Assembly: GCA_965228875.1 (NCBI GenBank)
Contig: OZ245843.1
Coordinates: 664,616-728,615, forward strand
From: Thalassobaculaceae bacterium
GTDB lineage: Bacteria > Pseudomonadota > Alphaproteobacteria > Thalassobaculales > Thalassobaculaceae
Reading direction: 5' to 3'
DNA length: 64,000 bases
Both the position numbers and the translations under genes were made by a program. Shown one piece after another: positions 37,896 to 48,467 of the stretch. The first letter of the stretch is position 1. The number at the start of each line of letters is the position of its first letter. The notes under the pieces were generated by a model, which had not been told where the DNA came from, made no database searches, and saw only the letters and a program-made list of their open reading frames with translations.

Positions 37896-38729
37896 ATGAA
37901 CCATTCCGACTTCGAGCACTTTGTCGGCTTTCTGAAGTCCAAGGCCGGCATCGTCATCACGTCCGAGAAGGCCTATCTGGTCGAGAACCGCCTGGCCCCG
38001 ATCGCCCGCAAGTACGGGCTCGCCTCCGCCGCCGACGTCCTCACCAAGCTTCGCCGGTCGCCCCCGACGCCGCTGGTCAACGATGTGCTTGACGCGATGA
38101 CCACGAACGAGACGCTGTTCTTCCGCGACCAGCGACCGTTCGACCAGTTCCGCGACAAGGTCCTTCCGACCCTGCTCGAGCGGAACGCGGCGTCCAGGCG
38201 GATCCGAATCTGGTGCGCCGCGTGCTCCAGCGGTCAGGAGCCGTATTCCCTCGCCATGCTGTTCGCCGAGCTCGGCCCCAAGGTCGCCGGCTGGCGGCTG
38301 GACATTGTCGGCACCGACATCTCCAAGTCGATCCTCGAGAAGGCGAAGAAGGCGGAGTACTCCCAGTTCGAGGTTCAGCGCGGTCTCCCGATCACCATGC
38401 TGGTGAAATACTTCGAACAGAAGGGCGAGGCCTGGGCGCTGAAACCGGACATCAAGAGCAAGGTCTCGTTTCGCGAGTTCAACCTGCTCGACAATCCGCG
38501 GTCGCTGGGCCAGTTCGACGTCGTGTTCTGCCGCAACGTGCTGATCTACTTCGACCAGGAGACCAAGGGGCAGATCCTGGCGCGGATCGCCGGCATCATG
38601 CCGCAGGACGGCCATCTGTTCCTCGGCGGTGCCGAGACGGTACTCGGCGTTTCCGACAAGTTCGCCGCCGCTCCCGGTCTGCGCGGGATCTACTTGCCGA
38701 CCGAAAAGTCCGCGGCCCGCGCCGCCTGA
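37896..38729 (+). CDS. cheR: Chemotaxis methyltransferase CheR (copy 1)
   Basis: MTTNETLFFRD, IWCAACSSGQEPYS, FDVVFCRNVLIYFD. Confidence 0.95.
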   Translation: MNHSDFEHFVGFLKSKAGIVITSEKAYLVENRLAPIARKYGLASAADVLTKLRRSPPTPLVNDVLDAMTTNETLFFRDQRPFDQFRDKVLPTLLERNAASRRIRIWCAACSSGQEPYSLAMLFAELGPKVAGWRLDIVGTDISKSILEKAKKAEYSQFEVQRGLPITMLVKYFEQKGEAWALKPDIKSKVSFREFNLLDNPRSLGQFDVVFCRNVLIYFDQETKGQILARIAGIMPQDGHLFLGGAETVLGVSDKFAAAPGLRGIYLPTEKSAARAA

Positions 38730-38748
38730 GGCGCCACCTCGCGTTTCA

Positions 38749-38795
38749 CTCCGTCCATCCGATCCGGAGCCAGGTTCCGGACCCGGTGGACGGAG
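38749..38795. terminator. Imperfect hairpin between convergent cheR and soxG
   Basis: CTCCGTCCA...TCCGGA...TCCGGA...TGGACGGAG. Confidence 0.55.
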
Positions 38796-38813
38796 CGATC
38801 TATGACAGGCGAC

Positions 38814-39389
38814 CTATCCGGAAACCGTGACACCGAACTCCCTCGCGGCGCCGATCAGGCGTTCCGCAAGGCTGTGCGCGTAGCCGCGGGGCATATGGAC
38901 GTCGAACACCGACGGTCCCCGGCGCCTGTCGAGCGTCACCGCGACATGGAACAGCGCCGTCGACGCCACCCGATCCTCCGGGAAGAGGCGTGGGTGCAGG
39001 TCGATGCCGGTGCCCTTCGCGAGGACGTCGCGTGCGTGGCGACCGCTCAGCCGCAGTGTGGCCCGGCCATGACCCTGGTCGACGACGGCCGCACCGCTGT
39101 CGCCGATGAGGGCCTGGACCCGTGAGACGAGATCGGGCGCGTCGATGGCCACCGCCATCCAACGCCCGGGTCCGATACTCAGAAGGCGCAGTCCGTCGAT
39201 CGAGACCGCGTGGCCCGCCGGAGGCAGCGGAAGGCCGATCCGTTCCATCCGCTCCGGCGGACAGTCGATCTGCACCTGATCGAGGGTACGGGCGACGATC
39301 GTGACCTCGGCCGGGTCGTCGCTTGCGGTTTCGGAGAACAGCGCTGCGAAGGGCGAGGTCCGCGGAGGCGTTGGTGCGAGGTCAGTCAC
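38814..39389 (-). CDS. soxG: Sarcosine oxidase subunit gamma
   Basis: IGPGRW, VVDQGHG, ARDVLAKGTGIDLHP; overlaps the soxA stop. Confidence 0.88.
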   Translation of the reverse strand: MTDLAPTPPRTSPFAALFSETASDDPAEVTIVARTLDQVQIDCPPERMERIGLPLPPAGHAVSIDGLRLLSIGPGRWMAVAIDAPDLVSRVQALIGDSGAAVVDQGHGRATLRLSGRHARDVLAKGTGIDLHPRLFPEDRVASTALFHVAVTLDRRRGPSVFDVHMPRGYAHSLAERLIGAAREFGVTVSG

Positions 39390-42300
39390 GGAGCCGCTCT
39401 CCCTGCGGGTCGTAGAAAACGGGGTCGGTGACCCGCACCTCCACGCTCCGGTCGCGGAGCGGGAACGCGGCCCAGAGGGTCTCTCCCTTGCGCTCGAGAC
39501 CGCCGGCGACGAAGCCCAGGGCGATCGGATGGCCGACCGTCGGCGACAGGTAGGCGCTGGAGGAGACGTGGCCGAGCTTGGTCACCGGCGGCGGCGCATC
39601 AGGCCGCTCGACCAGGATCGCGCCGGCCGGGATCCGGGTCTTCCCGTCGACCGGCACCAGACCGACCAGCTTGGGGCGGGCCGGGTCGGTGTAGGCGGGC
39701 TTGTCCAGCATCCCGCGGCCGACGAACCACTTCTTCGTGCTCGCCATACGGCCCATGCCGGCATCGTCGAGCGTCACGCGACCGTCCAGTTCGGCGTGGG
39801 TCACGTGGCCCTTCTCGATGCGCATGATGCCCATCGCCTCGGTGCCGTAGGGGCGTATCCCGTGGTCGCCGCCCGCCGACATCAGGGTGTCCCATACCCG
39901 CATGCCCCAATCGGCAGGCGCGTTCACCTCGTAGCTCAACTCGCCGGAGAAGCTGATGCGGAAGATCCGCACGGGAACACCGGCGATGCGGGCCGTGGTG
40001 ACCCCCATGAAGGGCAGGGCGGTATCGGACACGTCGGTTCCGTCCTCGACCGTCGCTGCCAGCACGTCGCGTGCCTTCGGTCCGGCCAGCGCCATTGCCG
40101 CCCACTGCTCGGTGACCGAGCACGCGTGTACGTCGAGGTCCGGCCAGACCACCTGCAGGTACCATTCGATCAGCGCCATGACGTCGCCGGCATGGGCCGT
40201 GGTGGTGGTCATCAGGTAGTGGTTCTCGCCGAGGCGGGAGGTGGTGCCGTCGTCGTAGACGATGCCGTCCTCCCGCAGCATGAGGCCATAGCGCGCCTTA
40301 CCGATGGCGAGGGTCTTGAAACCGTTGGCGTAGAGGCGGTTCAGCAGCTCTGCCGCATCCGGTCCCTGGATATCGATCTTGCCCAGGGTGGAGACGTCGA
40401 CGAGGCCGACGGCATTGCGGGTGTTTACCACCTCGCGGGTGATCGCGGCGTCCATGAAGCGCTTCAGATCCGGCTCGTCCGCCTCCAGGTAGTATTGCGG
40501 GCGCAGCCAGTGGCCCGCCTCGACGAACACGGCGCCGTTGGCGGCGTGCCAGTCGTGCATGGCGGAGCGCCGGACCGGCGTGTGATGCCGACCCCGGTCG
40601 CCGCCGGCGAAGGCGCCCATGGCGACGGGGGTGTAGGGCGGGCGGAAGCGGGTCGTGCCGACCTGCGGGATCGGTTCGCCGCGGGCCGCCGCCATCAGGG
40701 CATGGCCGATGACGTTCGAGGTCTTGCCCTGATCGGTGCCCATGCCGAGCGTGGTGTAGCGCTTGAGGTGCTCGACCGAAACGAACCCCTCGCGATGGGC
40801 CAGGACCACGTCGTCGGCGGTCACGTCGTCCTGCAGGTCGACGAAGCGTTTCTTGCCCGTTCCGACGGCCCAGAACGCCTGGAGCGGGCGCGACTCCGGC
40901 TCGTCGGTGCAGGGCGTGTCGGGCAGGGCGGCGGTGGCGAACCCGCTCGCTTCGGCGGCGTCGGCGCCGGCCTTGAACCCGTCTGCCAGGCAGGCGGTGA
41001 GCCCGTAAGCGCCGCGCGCCGCGCCGACCGAGACGTGGGCCTGGCGGGCTTCTCCGGGCACGAAAGCGGCGAGGTCGTCGTTCCAGTCGATCCGGCCGAG
41101 CGCATGGCTGTGCAGGTGCACCGCCGGACTCCAGCCGCCCGAGACGGCAACCAGATCGCACTGCACGAAACGCGGATGGCCGAGGTCGTCGAGCCGGGCG
41201 ATGTCGCAGCCCTGGACCCGGAGCCGGCCGTGCACCTTCGTCACCGCCGCGCCGTCCTCGACCTCGATCCCGGCGGCGTCGCAGCGCGCGCGCCAGCCGC
41301 TTGTCCCGCCCGGACGGGTGTCCACGACCTGCATGACCTCGACGCCGGCGGCCGCGAGGTCCAGGGCGGTACGGTAGCCGTCGTCGTTGTTGGCGATCAC
41401 CACCGCTCGGCGCCCTGGGCGCACGGCGAAGCGGTTGATGTAGCTGCGCACCGCACCGGCCAGGATCACGCCGGGCCGGTCGTTGTGCGGGAAGGCGATG
41501 TGCCGCTCGATCGCGCCGGTCGCCAGCACCACGCGGCCCGCCCGGATGTGCCAGAGCCGCTGACGCGGCACATGCGGTGGCGGGACCGGGTGATGGTCGG
41601 CCACCCGCTCGACGGCGCCGATCATGTTGTCGTCGTAGTAACCGAAGGCGGTGGTGCGGGTGAGGACCCGAACCGCGTCCAGGCTGGCCAGCTCGTCACG
41701 GGCGTCGGCGACCCAGGCCATGGCGGGCGCGCCGTCGATGCTCTCGCGCTCCGAGCGCAGGCGACCGCCGAGCCCGTCGCTCTCCTCGACCAGGATCACG
41801 CGGGCTCCTGTACGTCCGGCGGCGAGCGCGGCGGCGAGGCCGCTGGGCCCGGCGCCGACCACCAGGACGTCGCAGTGCGCGGTCATCCGCTCGTAGGTGT
41901 CCGGGTCGGGTTCGCGCGTGCCCCGGCCCATGCCGGCGGCGGCGCGGATCCGCTCCTCGTAGAAGTGCCAGCCGGGAAAGCCCATGAAGGTTTTGTAGTA
42001 GAAGCCGGCGACCAGGAAGCGCGAGGCGAGGTCGTTCAACTCCATCACGTCGAGGCCGAGGGACGGCCAGCGGTTCTGGCTGGTCGCCTCGAGCCCGTGA
42101 AACAGCTCCGCCATGGTGGCGCGGGTGTTCGGTTCGACGCGGGCGCCGCTGCGCAGCTCGACCAGGGCGTTCGGCTCCTCCGGCCCGGCGGAGAAGATGC
42201 CGCGCGGCCGGTGATACTTGAAGCTGCGGCCGACCAGATGAACCCCGTTGGCGAGCAGGGCGGAGGCCAGGGTATCGCCCTGGTAACCGGTGTAGCCCTT

Positions 42301-42396
42301 GCCGTCGAAGGAGAACGCCAGCGCCCTGCGCCGATCGACCTCGCCGCCGGTCGGCAGGCGGTCGACGTTCGCGCCCCGGGGGCGTCCGGCAATCAT
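39382..42396 (-). CDS. soxA: Sarcosine oxidase subunit alpha
   Basis: GDTLASALLANG, RSFKYHRPRG, EHLKRYTTLGMGTDQGKTSN, DVSTLGKIDIQGPDA; ATG overlaps the soxD stop. Confidence 0.95.
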   Translation of the reverse strand: MIAGRPRGANVDRLPTGGEVDRRRALAFSFDGKGYTGYQGDTLASALLANGVHLVGRSFKYHRPRGIFSAGPEEPNALVELRSGARVEPNTRATMAELFHGLEATSQNRWPSLGLDVMELNDLASRFLVAGFYYKTFMGFPGWHFYEERIRAAAGMGRGTREPDPDTYERMTAHCDVLVVGAGPSGLAAALAAGRTGARVILVEESDGLGGRLRSERESIDGAPAMAWVADARDELASLDAVRVLTRTTAFGYYDDNMIGAVERVADHHPVPPPHVPRQRLWHIRAGRVVLATGAIERHIAFPHNDRPGVILAGAVRSYINRFAVRPGRRAVVIANNDDGYRTALDLAAAGVEVMQVVDTRPGGTSGWRARCDAAGIEVEDGAAVTKVHGRLRVQGCDIARLDDLGHPRFVQCDLVAVSGGWSPAVHLHSHALGRIDWNDDLAAFVPGEARQAHVSVGAARGAYGLTACLADGFKAGADAAEASGFATAALPDTPCTDEPESRPLQAFWAVGTGKKRFVDLQDDVTADDVVLAHREGFVSVEHLKRYTTLGMGTDQGKTSNVIGHALMAAARGEPIPQVGTTRFRPPYTPVAMGAFAGGDRGRHHTPVRRSAMHDWHAANGAVFVEAGHWLRPQYYLEADEPDLKRFMDAAITREVVNTRNAVGLVDVSTLGKIDIQGPDAAELLNRLYANGFKTLAIGKARYGLMLREDGIVYDDGTTSRLGENHYLMTTTTAHAGDVMALIEWYLQVVWPDLDVHACSVTEQWAAMALAGPKARDVLAATVEDGTDVSDTALPFMGVTTARIAGVPVRIFRISFSGELSYEVNAPADWGMRVWDTLMSAGGDHGIRPYGTEAMGIMRIEKGHVTHAELDGRVTLDDAGMGRMASTKKWFVGRGMLDKPAYTDPARPKLVGLVPVDGKTRIPAGAILVERPDAPPPVTKLGHVSSSAYLSPTVGHPIALGFVAGGLERKGETLWAAFPLRDRSVEVRVTDPVFYDPQGERLRD

Positions 42397-42671
42397 CGTC
42401 CGGCCTCCAGGGTCTCGTTGGGCCGGCCGCAGGCCAGGACCTCGTGGGTGGTCACGTCGCGCAGCACCTTCACGTACTGGCGGCATCCGTAGACGTGGTG
42501 CCAGTACTCCAGATGCTGCCCCGCCGGGTTGTCCCGCAGGTAGACGTAGCCGTGCCAGTCGGCCGCCGTCGCCCCACCGGGATCGGCCGGGCGGACCTTC
42601 GACGCGTCGCCGGCATAGGTGAACTCCTCGTGGTCGCGCGCGCCGCAGTAGGGGCAGGTGATCCGGATCAT
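42393..42671 (-). CDS. soxD: Sarcosine oxidase subunit delta
   Basis: CPYCGAR, YLRDNP, WHHVYGCR zinc ligands. Confidence 0.93.
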   Translation of the reverse strand: MIRITCPYCGARDHEEFTYAGDASKVRPADPGGATAADWHGYVYLRDNPAGQHLEYWHHVYGCRQYVKVLRDVTTHEVLACGRPNETLEAGR

Positions 42672-42684
42672 CGTCGCGCTCCCG

Positions 42685-43941
42685 TCAGTGCAGCTTCGGG
42701 GTCGGCCCCTTGCCGCCCTCGTCCAGCAGGTAGCCCCGTTCGAAGCGCTCGAGCGTCATCGCCCGGTTGTGTTCGTGCGGCGCGTCGTTGGCGATGGTAT
42801 GGGCGAAGACGTGGCCGGAACCCGGTGTCGCCTTGAAGCCGCCGTAGCACCAGCCGGCGTTGAGATACAGGTTGTCGATCGGCGTCTTCGAGATGATCGG
42901 GCTGCCGTCCATCGACATGTCCATGATGCCGCCCCAGCTCCGCAGGATCCGGACCCGCGCGATGTTCGGCATCATCGCTAGCCCGTGGGTCATGACATTC
43001 TCCACCGTCGGCAGGTTCCCGCGCTGGGCGTAGGAATTGTAGAAGTCGAGGTCGCCGCCCAGCACCAGGCCGCCCTTGTCCGACTGGCTGATGTAGAAGT
43101 GCCCGGCGCCGAAGGTGACCACGCCGTCGATCAGCGGCTTCAGCGGCTCGGTGACGAAGGCCTGCAGTACGTGGCTCTCGATCGGCAGCGCCAGTCCGAG
43201 CATGCCGGCGACGCGCGAGGTGTTTCCGGCGACCGCCATGCCGACCCGGCCGCAGCCGATGGTGCCGCGCGTCGTCCGTACGGCCGTGATCCGGTTGCCG
43301 TCGCGCTCGAAGCCGATGACCTCGCAGTTCTGCAGAATGTCCACGCCGCGCCGGTCGGCGCCACGGGCGAACCCCCAGGCGACCGCGTCGTGCCGGGCGG
43401 TTCCGCCGCGCCGTTGCAGCAGGCCGCCGTAGATCGGCCAGCGGGCCTCCTTCGAGAAGTCGAGATACGGGTAGAGCCCGCGAACTCCGTCGCGGTCCAG
43501 AAGCTCGGCGTCGATGCCGTTCAGCCGCATCGAGTTGCCCCGCCGGGCGTAGGCGTCCATCTGGCCGTCGCTGTGGGCGAGGTTGAGAACGCCGCGCTGG
43601 CTGAACATGACGTTGTAGTTCAGGTCGCGCGACAGCCCCTCCCACAGTTTCAGGCTGTGCTCGTAGAAATGGGCGTTGCCATCCAGCATGTAGTTGGAGC
43701 GCACGATGGTCGTGTTGCGCCCGACATTGCCACCGCCGATCCAGCCCTTCTCGACCACCGCCACGTTGGTGATGCCGTGGTTGCGTGCGAGATAGTACGC
43801 GGTCGCCAGTCCATGGCCGCCACCGCCGATGACGATCACGTCGTAGGACTTCTTCGGTTCCGGATCGCGCCAGGCGCGGATCCAGCCCTTGTGACCGCCC
43901 AACCCCTCGCGGATCAGCGAGAAGACCGAATATTCCGCCAT
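42685..43941 (-). CDS. soxB: Sarcosine oxidase subunit beta
   Basis: GGGGHGLATAYYLA, GRNTTIVRSNY, ARHDAVAWG, GWCYGGFKATP. Confidence 0.96.
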   Translation of the reverse strand: MAEYSVFSLIREGLGGHKGWIRAWRDPEPKKSYDVIVIGGGGHGLATAYYLARNHGITNVAVVEKGWIGGGNVGRNTTIVRSNYMLDGNAHFYEHSLKLWEGLSRDLNYNVMFSQRGVLNLAHSDGQMDAYARRGNSMRLNGIDAELLDRDGVRGLYPYLDFSKEARWPIYGGLLQRRGGTARHDAVAWGFARGADRRGVDILQNCEVIGFERDGNRITAVRTTRGTIGCGRVGMAVAGNTSRVAGMLGLALPIESHVLQAFVTEPLKPLIDGVVTFGAGHFYISQSDKGGLVLGGDLDFYNSYAQRGNLPTVENVMTHGLAMMPNIARVRILRSWGGIMDMSMDGSPIISKTPIDNLYLNAGWCYGGFKATPGSGHVFAHTIANDAPHEHNRAMTLERFERGYLLDEGGKGPTPKLH

Positions 43942-44066
43942 CGTGAGAACCTCCCGTCGGCGCAGTCTGCAACAGGGTGGGGGGCCATGCGAAGCCGCTA
44001 TCGGACGCGGAGTGTCCTGAACTCGTCAGGTCGGTTTTCTGGCACGGGACGCGCGCTGAGACACAT

Positions 44067-44597
44067 CTAGTTTGAGTTGCTGTTGCCGAAGAATGAGACG
44101 CCGACCAGGATCATCGCAACCGAGACACCGTCGTTCGACAACGGAAGCAGCAGGCGCGAGTACCCACGATACCGGCGGAGATTCGAAACCGTCCGTCCGG
44201 TTTCGTAATTCGGGACTCCGTTCTGGTAGACCGATAGGTATCGCTCGAACACCTCGTCGAGGTTCTCGACGTTGGCGATGTCCCTGAAGCGAAGGCCTGT
44301 TCGATCTTCGCCGAACTCCGTGGCGATCGTTGTACCGAACAGCCGGACACGGAAGTCTCCGATGCTGTCGGCCGTATCGATCAGCATGAGACGGCCGAGC
44401 ATCCAGTCCATGCTCAACGGGTCGATGTCGTCGCGCGTCGGAGCGGCGCGCCCGTCGCCTCCGGCGCGACGCCTCTCGTCCCAGTAGGCGAACAGCCGGG
44501 ACAGGTCTGCATCGTCGATCTTATCGGCGCTCAGCATGGCCGTGCGAGCTACCCCACCGGCTGAGGGACGCGAATGCGGACTGGACCAGTCTTGCAT
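44067..44597 (-). CDS. Stand-alone PAS_5-like protein
   Basis: LFAYW, PTRDDIDP, FRVRLFGT, DRTG, RLLLPLSNDG; start could be 44537. Confidence 0.8.
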   Translation of the reverse strand: MQDWSSPHSRPSAGGVARTAMLSADKIDDADLSRLFAYWDERRRAGGDGRAAPTRDDIDPLSMDWMLGRLMLIDTADSIGDFRVRLFGTTIATEFGEDRTGLRFRDIANVENLDEVFERYLSVYQNGVPNYETGRTVSNLRRYRGYSRLLLPLSNDGVSVAMILVGVSFFGNSNSN

Positions 44598-44683
44598 ATC
44601 TCCCCGCTCATGTCGCACCGGACCACCATGATGGCCGCCGCGGGGCGCTCAGATCGACATATCTGATCTAAACAGAATTCTAT

Positions 44684-44699
44684 TTAAATTGACGTTAAC
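44684..44699. promoter_or_regulatory. Perfect CtrA consensus box
   Basis: TTAA-ATTGACG-TTAAC. Confidence 0.75.
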
Positions 44700-44792
44700 A
44701 TGATAGCCGCTTTCGGACGAAGGGATCGGGAGCGTACACCGGCGGCAGGGCCATCGGCGCTCTGGTGCCGCATGAATGCGAGAACCAGCCGG

Positions 44793-45941
44793 TCAATGCG
44801 TATGCAGCGATGCCCGATCCGGCGCCAGTTCGCTCTGTGACAGGCCCAGGTCGACCATGTCCGCCGGTATGCCTTTGCCGAGCGCCAGCGCGGCGCTGAG
44901 GCGACCCATGGCGGCGCTGGTCTGGATGCCGTACCCGCCCTGACCGGCGAGCCAGAAAAACCCCTCGGCCAGCGGATCGAAGCCGACCACCGGCGACTTG
45001 TCGGCGACGAAGCTGCGCAGTCCGGCCCAGGTCGAGGCCGGTCGCCCGATGGCGAACAGGGTGTCGGTCTGGATCCGTTCGATCGCCAGAGCCACGTCCT
45101 CGATCTCCGGCTGGGCATCGGTCGGCGGCGAGGGGATCTCGTCGGCCGGGCTGCCCATGAGGCGACCAGCGTCGGGTTTCACATACCAGCTCTCGTCGCA
45201 CAGAACGGCGAGCGGCCATTGCTGCGGGTCGCCGCTGGTGCCGTCGCGGAACACCGGGTCGAAGGTGAAGGCGGTGCGGCGCTTCGGCACCAGCCCGACC
45301 GGCCGGGCGCCGGCCATCGCGGCGAGGACGTCGCACCAGGCGCCGGCGGCGTTGATGACGACCGGGGCTGAGAAGGTGCCGGCCCGGGTCTCGACCGTCC
45401 AGCTGTCGCCTGTTCGAAAGAGGGAGAGCACCTCGGCGTCGGTGGCGATCTCTCCGCCCCTGGCCCGCAGCCCGCGCAAGAACCCGTGCAGGATCGCATT
45501 CACGTCCATATCCATCGCGTCGGCCTCGAAGGCGCCGGCGACGATCCGCTCGGGGTCGAGGTACGGGGCGAGGGTCCGGAGCGCCGCGCCGTCGACCCGT
45601 TCCATGCTGGGTGAGCCGGCAAGCTCCGTCTCAAGCATTTTCAGGAGCGCCTCGGTCGCGACGGCGACCGCTCCCCGGGGCGTCAGCAGCGACGCGTCGG
45701 CGAAGCCGTCCGGCGGCGCGACCAGGAACGGTCGGGTCGCCTTGTTGAGCTTGCGGATCGTGGCGTTGCCGTAGTTCTCGAAGAACAGCGCCGCCGAGCG
45801 GCCGGTGGTGTGGTAGCCGGGCTGGCTCTCGCGCTCCAGCAGGACGACGCGGGCGTCCTCGGCCAGAAAGTAGCCACAGGAGGCGCCGGCCATACCGCCG
45901 CCGATGATCAGAACGTCGGCTGTCCTCGTCTCTTCGGTCAT
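44793..45941 (-). CDS. FAD-dependent oxidoreductase, DAO family (D-amino acid dehydrogenase-like)
   Basis: [46 protein letters not shown]. Confidence 0.88.
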   Translation of the reverse strand: MTEETRTADVLIIGGGMAGASCGYFLAEDARVVLLERESQPGYHTTGRSAALFFENYGNATIRKLNKATRPFLVAPPDGFADASLLTPRGAVAVATEALLKMLETELAGSPSMERVDGAALRTLAPYLDPERIVAGAFEADAMDMDVNAILHGFLRGLRARGGEIATDAEVLSLFRTGDSWTVETRAGTFSAPVVINAAGAWCDVLAAMAGARPVGLVPKRRTAFTFDPVFRDGTSGDPQQWPLAVLCDESWYVKPDAGRLMGSPADEIPSPPTDAQPEIEDVALAIERIQTDTLFAIGRPASTWAGLRSFVADKSPVVGFDPLAEGFFWLAGQGGYGIQTSAAMGRLSAALALGKGIPADMVDLGLSQSELAPDRASLHTH

Positions 45942-46696
45942 GGCGCGAACTGCTCCATCAGCACCCGTTCCTCCAGATTATGCTCCGGGTCGTAGAGGAC
46001 AGTCAGTTCCACCTCCCGGTCCTCGCGCACCTCGACCTCGACCACGTCATGCACCTCCATCACGTCGGCGACCGCGTTGACCGGTCGTTTCTCCGGCCGG
46101 ATGGTCTCGAAGCGGATGGCCGCCCCGCACGGGAGCAGGGCGCCGCGCCAGCGCCGCGGCCGAAAGGCGCTGATCGGAGTCAGCGCCAGCACATTTGCGC
46201 CGAGCGGGATGATCGGGCCGTGGGCCGACAGATTGTAGGCGGTCGAGCCCGCCGGCGTGGCGACCATCACGCCGTCGCAGACCAGTTCGGGTATACGCTC
46301 GATTCCGTCGACGAGAATGCGGATCTTCGCCGCTTGGGCCGAAGCGCGGAACAGCGACACCTCGTTAATCGCCAGCCCCTCGACGCGGGTCCCGTCGCGG
46401 CAGATAGCGTGCATGCGCAGCGGGTGCAGGGTGACCGACGTGGCATTGCGAAGCCTTTCCGTCAGGTCGTCCTCGCGGAACTCATTCATCAGAAAGCCGA
46501 CGGTGCCGCGGTTCATGCCGTAGATCGGCTTGCCGGCGCCGATGGCGGCGCGCAGGGTCTCGAGCATGTAGCCGTCGCCGCCAAGCGCGACGATCACGTC
46601 CGCCCGGTGGGGCGACACGCTGCCATAGCGCTCGCACAGAAGGGATTTCGCCTCCTGCGCCTCCTCCGTGTTGGCGGCCACGAACGCGAGGGCCAT
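45938..46696 (-). CDS. nadK: NAD kinase
   Basis: [40 protein letters not shown]. Confidence 0.95.
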   Translation of the reverse strand: MALAFVAANTEEAQEAKSLLCERYGSVSPHRADVIVALGGDGYMLETLRAAIGAGKPIYGMNRGTVGFLMNEFREDDLTERLRNATSVTLHPLRMHAICRDGTRVEGLAINEVSLFRASAQAAKIRILVDGIERIPELVCDGVMVATPAGSTAYNLSAHGPIIPLGANVLALTPISAFRPRRWRGALLPCGAAIRFETIRPEKRPVNAVADVMEVHDVVEVEVREDREVELTVLYDPEHNLEERVLMEQFAP

Positions 46697-46828
46697 ACTC
46701 TCATCTTCGGCTGTCACACTGTCTCTCCGTCGCCCGCGCCGCGGTTCGGCGGAACCATAGGCGAAACGGCGAAGCCTGCGCATCCCTCAAACCGCGCCCG
46801 CCGTTCGACAAATCCTGGGAGGGCCCGG

Positions 46829-47308
46829 ATGCGAATACTTCTTGCCGTCTGCCTCGCCGTCCTGGCGGCGGCCTGGACGGGTGACGTCGCGGCGTCCGAC
46901 GACCGGCACGAGGGGTACTACTATCCCAAGGTCACCTCGACGGAGACCTATCGCGCGCGAGTGCGGGCGCTGCGGGACTCGGACCGGGCCCGTCGGCTCG
47001 GCTTCGTCACGGGCATGGCGGCCGGTGCGCAGGAGAAGGGGTACCCGCCGCATATGGCGTTCTTCGCCAAGGGCAAGGACGCGGAGAAGGCCATCCTGGT
47101 TGCTCTGGACGACGATCGTATGGCGACGCTGTACCGCGCCCGGGCGGTTCTCGCCCTGCTCACGGCGACGGCGCGGGCGACGCCGGTGTTCCGCGATCTC
47201 GACCCGAATGGGAACTACACGTTCCTGGATCTGCTGGCTCTGCTCGGGTTCGAGCAACTCACGATCAGCGACGGCCGCAGCTTCGCCCACCAGTTCGAGA
47301 TCCGCTGA
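46829..47308 (+). CDS. Exported conserved hypothetical protein
   Basis: GGGAGG RBS, signal peptide MRILLAVCLAVLAAAW; DRHEGYYYP...FAKG...TISDG...FAHQ. Confidence 0.8.
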   Translation: MRILLAVCLAVLAAAWTGDVAASDDRHEGYYYPKVTSTETYRARVRALRDSDRARRLGFVTGMAAGAQEKGYPPHMAFFAKGKDAEKAILVALDDDRMATLYRARAVLALLTATARATPVFRDLDPNGNYTFLDLLALLGFEQLTISDGRSFAHQFEIR

Positions 47309-47340
47309 CCTGCACCTCGGCCCCCGGTTCAGGCTCTCGT

Positions 47341-48387
47341 TCAGCCTCCCGTCACGCTCATGTGCCGGGCGACGGCCGGGCCGCGATGGCGGCGGTCGAT
47401 GATGAAGTCGTGGCCCTTGGGCTTGCGGGTGATCGCCTCGCGGATCGCCGCGTGCAACTCGGCATCGTCTTCGCTCGCCCGCAGCGGCGCGCGCAGGTCG
47501 GCATCGTCGTCCTGACCGAGGCACATGTAGAGCATGCCGGTGCACGTCAGCCGCACGCGGTTGCAGCTCTCGCAGAAATTATGGGTCAGCGGCGTGATGA
47601 AGCCGAGACGGCCGCCGGTCTCCTTGACCGAGACGTAGCGTGCCGGTCCGCCGGTCTTGTAGGGAATGTCGGTGAGGGTGAACCGCTCAGCCAGGCGCGC
47701 GCGCACGACCGAGAGCGGCAGATACTGGTCGAGCCGGTCCTCGCCGCCGATATCGCCCATGGGCATGACCTCGATGACGGTCATGTCATAACCGCGGTCG
47801 CCGCACCACTGCAGCATGTCGGCGAGTTCGTCGTCGTTCACGCCCTTCAGCGCGACGGCGTTGATCTTGATGGCGATCCCGGCCCGGTCGGCGGCGTCGA
47901 GCCCGGCCATGACCTTCGCGATGTCGCCCCAACGGGTGATGGCCCGGAACTTGTCCGGGTCGAGGGTGTCGATCGAAACGTTGATGCGTTTCACGCCGCA
48001 GGCCGCCAGGTCGTCGGCGAAGCGCGCGAGCTGGCTGGCGTTGGTGGTGATCGTGAGTTCCTCCAGCCCGCCGTCGCCGAGCCGGGCGCCGAGCCGGCGG
48101 ATCAGCCACATGATGTCGCGCCGCACCAGCGGCTCGCCGCCGGTCAGACGCAACTTCTTGACGCCGAGATCGACGAAGGCGCCGCATAGCCGGTCGAGCT
48201 CCTCCAGCGACAGCACGTCCTTCTTCGGCAGGAAGGTCATGTTCTCCGCCATGCAGTAGACGCAGCGGAAATCGCACCGGTCGGTCACCGAGACGCGTAG
48301 ATACGAGATCGCCCGCTGGAACGGATCGATCAGGGGCGCCGGAGCGGCGCTTGTCATCAGGGACGAGGCGGATGTCTCTTTCATCAT
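47341..48387 (-). CDS. moaA: GTP 3',8-cyclase (molybdenum cofactor biosynthesis)
   Basis: [17 protein letters not shown] radical SAM motif, [10 protein letters not shown]-terminal MSVTGG; start could be 48357. Confidence 0.96.
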   Translation of the reverse strand: MMKETSASSLMTSAAPAPLIDPFQRAISYLRVSVTDRCDFRCVYCMAENMTFLPKKDVLSLEELDRLCGAFVDLGVKKLRLTGGEPLVRRDIMWLIRRLGARLGDGGLEELTITTNASQLARFADDLAACGVKRINVSIDTLDPDKFRAITRWGDIAKVMAGLDAADRAGIAIKINAVALKGVNDDELADMLQWCGDRGYDMTVIEVMPMGDIGGEDRLDQYLPLSVVRARLAERFTLTDIPYKTGGPARYVSVKETGGRLGFITPLTHNFCESCNRVRLTCTGMLYMCLGQDDDADLRAPLRASEDDAELHAAIREAITRKPKGHDFIIDRRHRGPAVARHMSVTGG

Positions 48388-48467
48388 GGGAAAAATATAC
48401 GGTCTGTCGCACGGCCTCGAAAGGGGGGCATGTTGCATGGACCCATCGCAGCCCCCAAGTTTTCACC

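Noticed and set aside
39301..42492. 1063-aa ORF on + antisense to soxA, and similar long shadow ORFs (25039-27651, 18892-20910, 58141-60207, 22426-24312)
   Set aside because: They lie opposite well-supported genes and have no motifs; long stop-free antisense frames are expected at this GC content.
38814..43941. soxBDAG as sulfur-oxidation genes or as a novel system
   Set aside because: Motifs and gene order are those of the well-known heterotetrameric sarcosine oxidase.
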